Source of the DNA: Candidatus Fermentibacterota bacterium
Lineage (GTDB): Bacteria > Fermentibacterota > Fermentibacteria > Fermentibacterales > JCC-6
Reading direction: 5' to 3'
Assembly: GCA_014728175.1 (NCBI GenBank)
Contig: WJMA01000015.1
Coordinates: 72,646-136,645, forward strand
DNA length: 64,000 nt
Translations under genes and position numbers: made by a program
Part shown: positions 63,905 through 64,000 of the stretch, in pieces
Numbering within the stretch: position 1 is the stretch's first letter
Layout of the letters: each line of letters opens with the position of its first letter
The notes under the pieces: generated by a model
What the model was told of the DNA's origin: nothing
The model's input: only the letters and a program-made list of their open reading frames with translations
The model's database searches: none

Positions 63905-64000
63905 TGGAGTTGGCCCGGACCGAAGAGCGGATCCGCGGGGTCTGCGAAGATTGGCGGGAAGATGGTCTGCAAATAGGCTTCGTACCTACCATGGGCGCTC
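63904..64000 (+). CDS. panC: Pantoate--beta-alanine ligase, 5' part (runs off window)
   Basis: MELARTEE...IGFVPTMGAL matches the PanC N-terminus. Confidence 0.85.
   Translation, partial: MELARTEERIRGVCEDWREDGLQIGFVPTMGA

Noticed and set aside
1-64000. CRISPR array, tRNA-Sec (selC) or UGA-recoded selenoprotein
   Set aside because: No regularly spaced repeats, no UCA-anticodon tRNA, and no gene appearing to continue past an in-frame TGA were seen by eye; a dedicated SECIS search was not possible.

Overview
GC-rich bacterial chromosome segment, mostly housekeeping genes. The gene content (Rnf, PFOR, SelA/SelB, gingipain-like C25 proteases with FlgD/T9SS-type C-termini) suggests an anaerobic peptide fermenter, possibly an FCB-related candidate lineage; this is inference only. 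Order: tRNA-Arg/Lys/His (-); nrdR; rnfCDGEAB running directly into selA-selB; two UDP-sugar dehydrogenases, an SLBB protein and wzc; a dcw cluster (mraZ to ftsZ) lacking mraY, murB and ddl; a radical SAM gene; rpmB; tmRNA; PTS IIA-like gene, trmO, SSS symporter, PFOR, asnS, TIGR01212 radical SAM, NAT-like gene and DUF4416. An accessory island (~41.7-48.9 kb) follows, with IS91/ISCR-like remnants bracketing truncated glycosylation genes, a ~976-aa secreted orphan and a GT39-like gene. The window ends with an aminotransferase, GT4, DUF3108, rnhC, a Glu-rich lipoprotein, a nuclease-DinG fusion, two C25 peptidases and dapL-folB-folK-dNK-panC'. The most striking observation is the tmRNA: it looks structurally intact, yet the canonical resume position reads GCC GCG TAA, giving a predicted tag of only (A)AA. 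Second is a pair of diverged ~250-bp IS91-like 3'-end units flanking a captured, doubly truncated glycosylation segment. All calls come from motif recognition by eye; no database searches were run.
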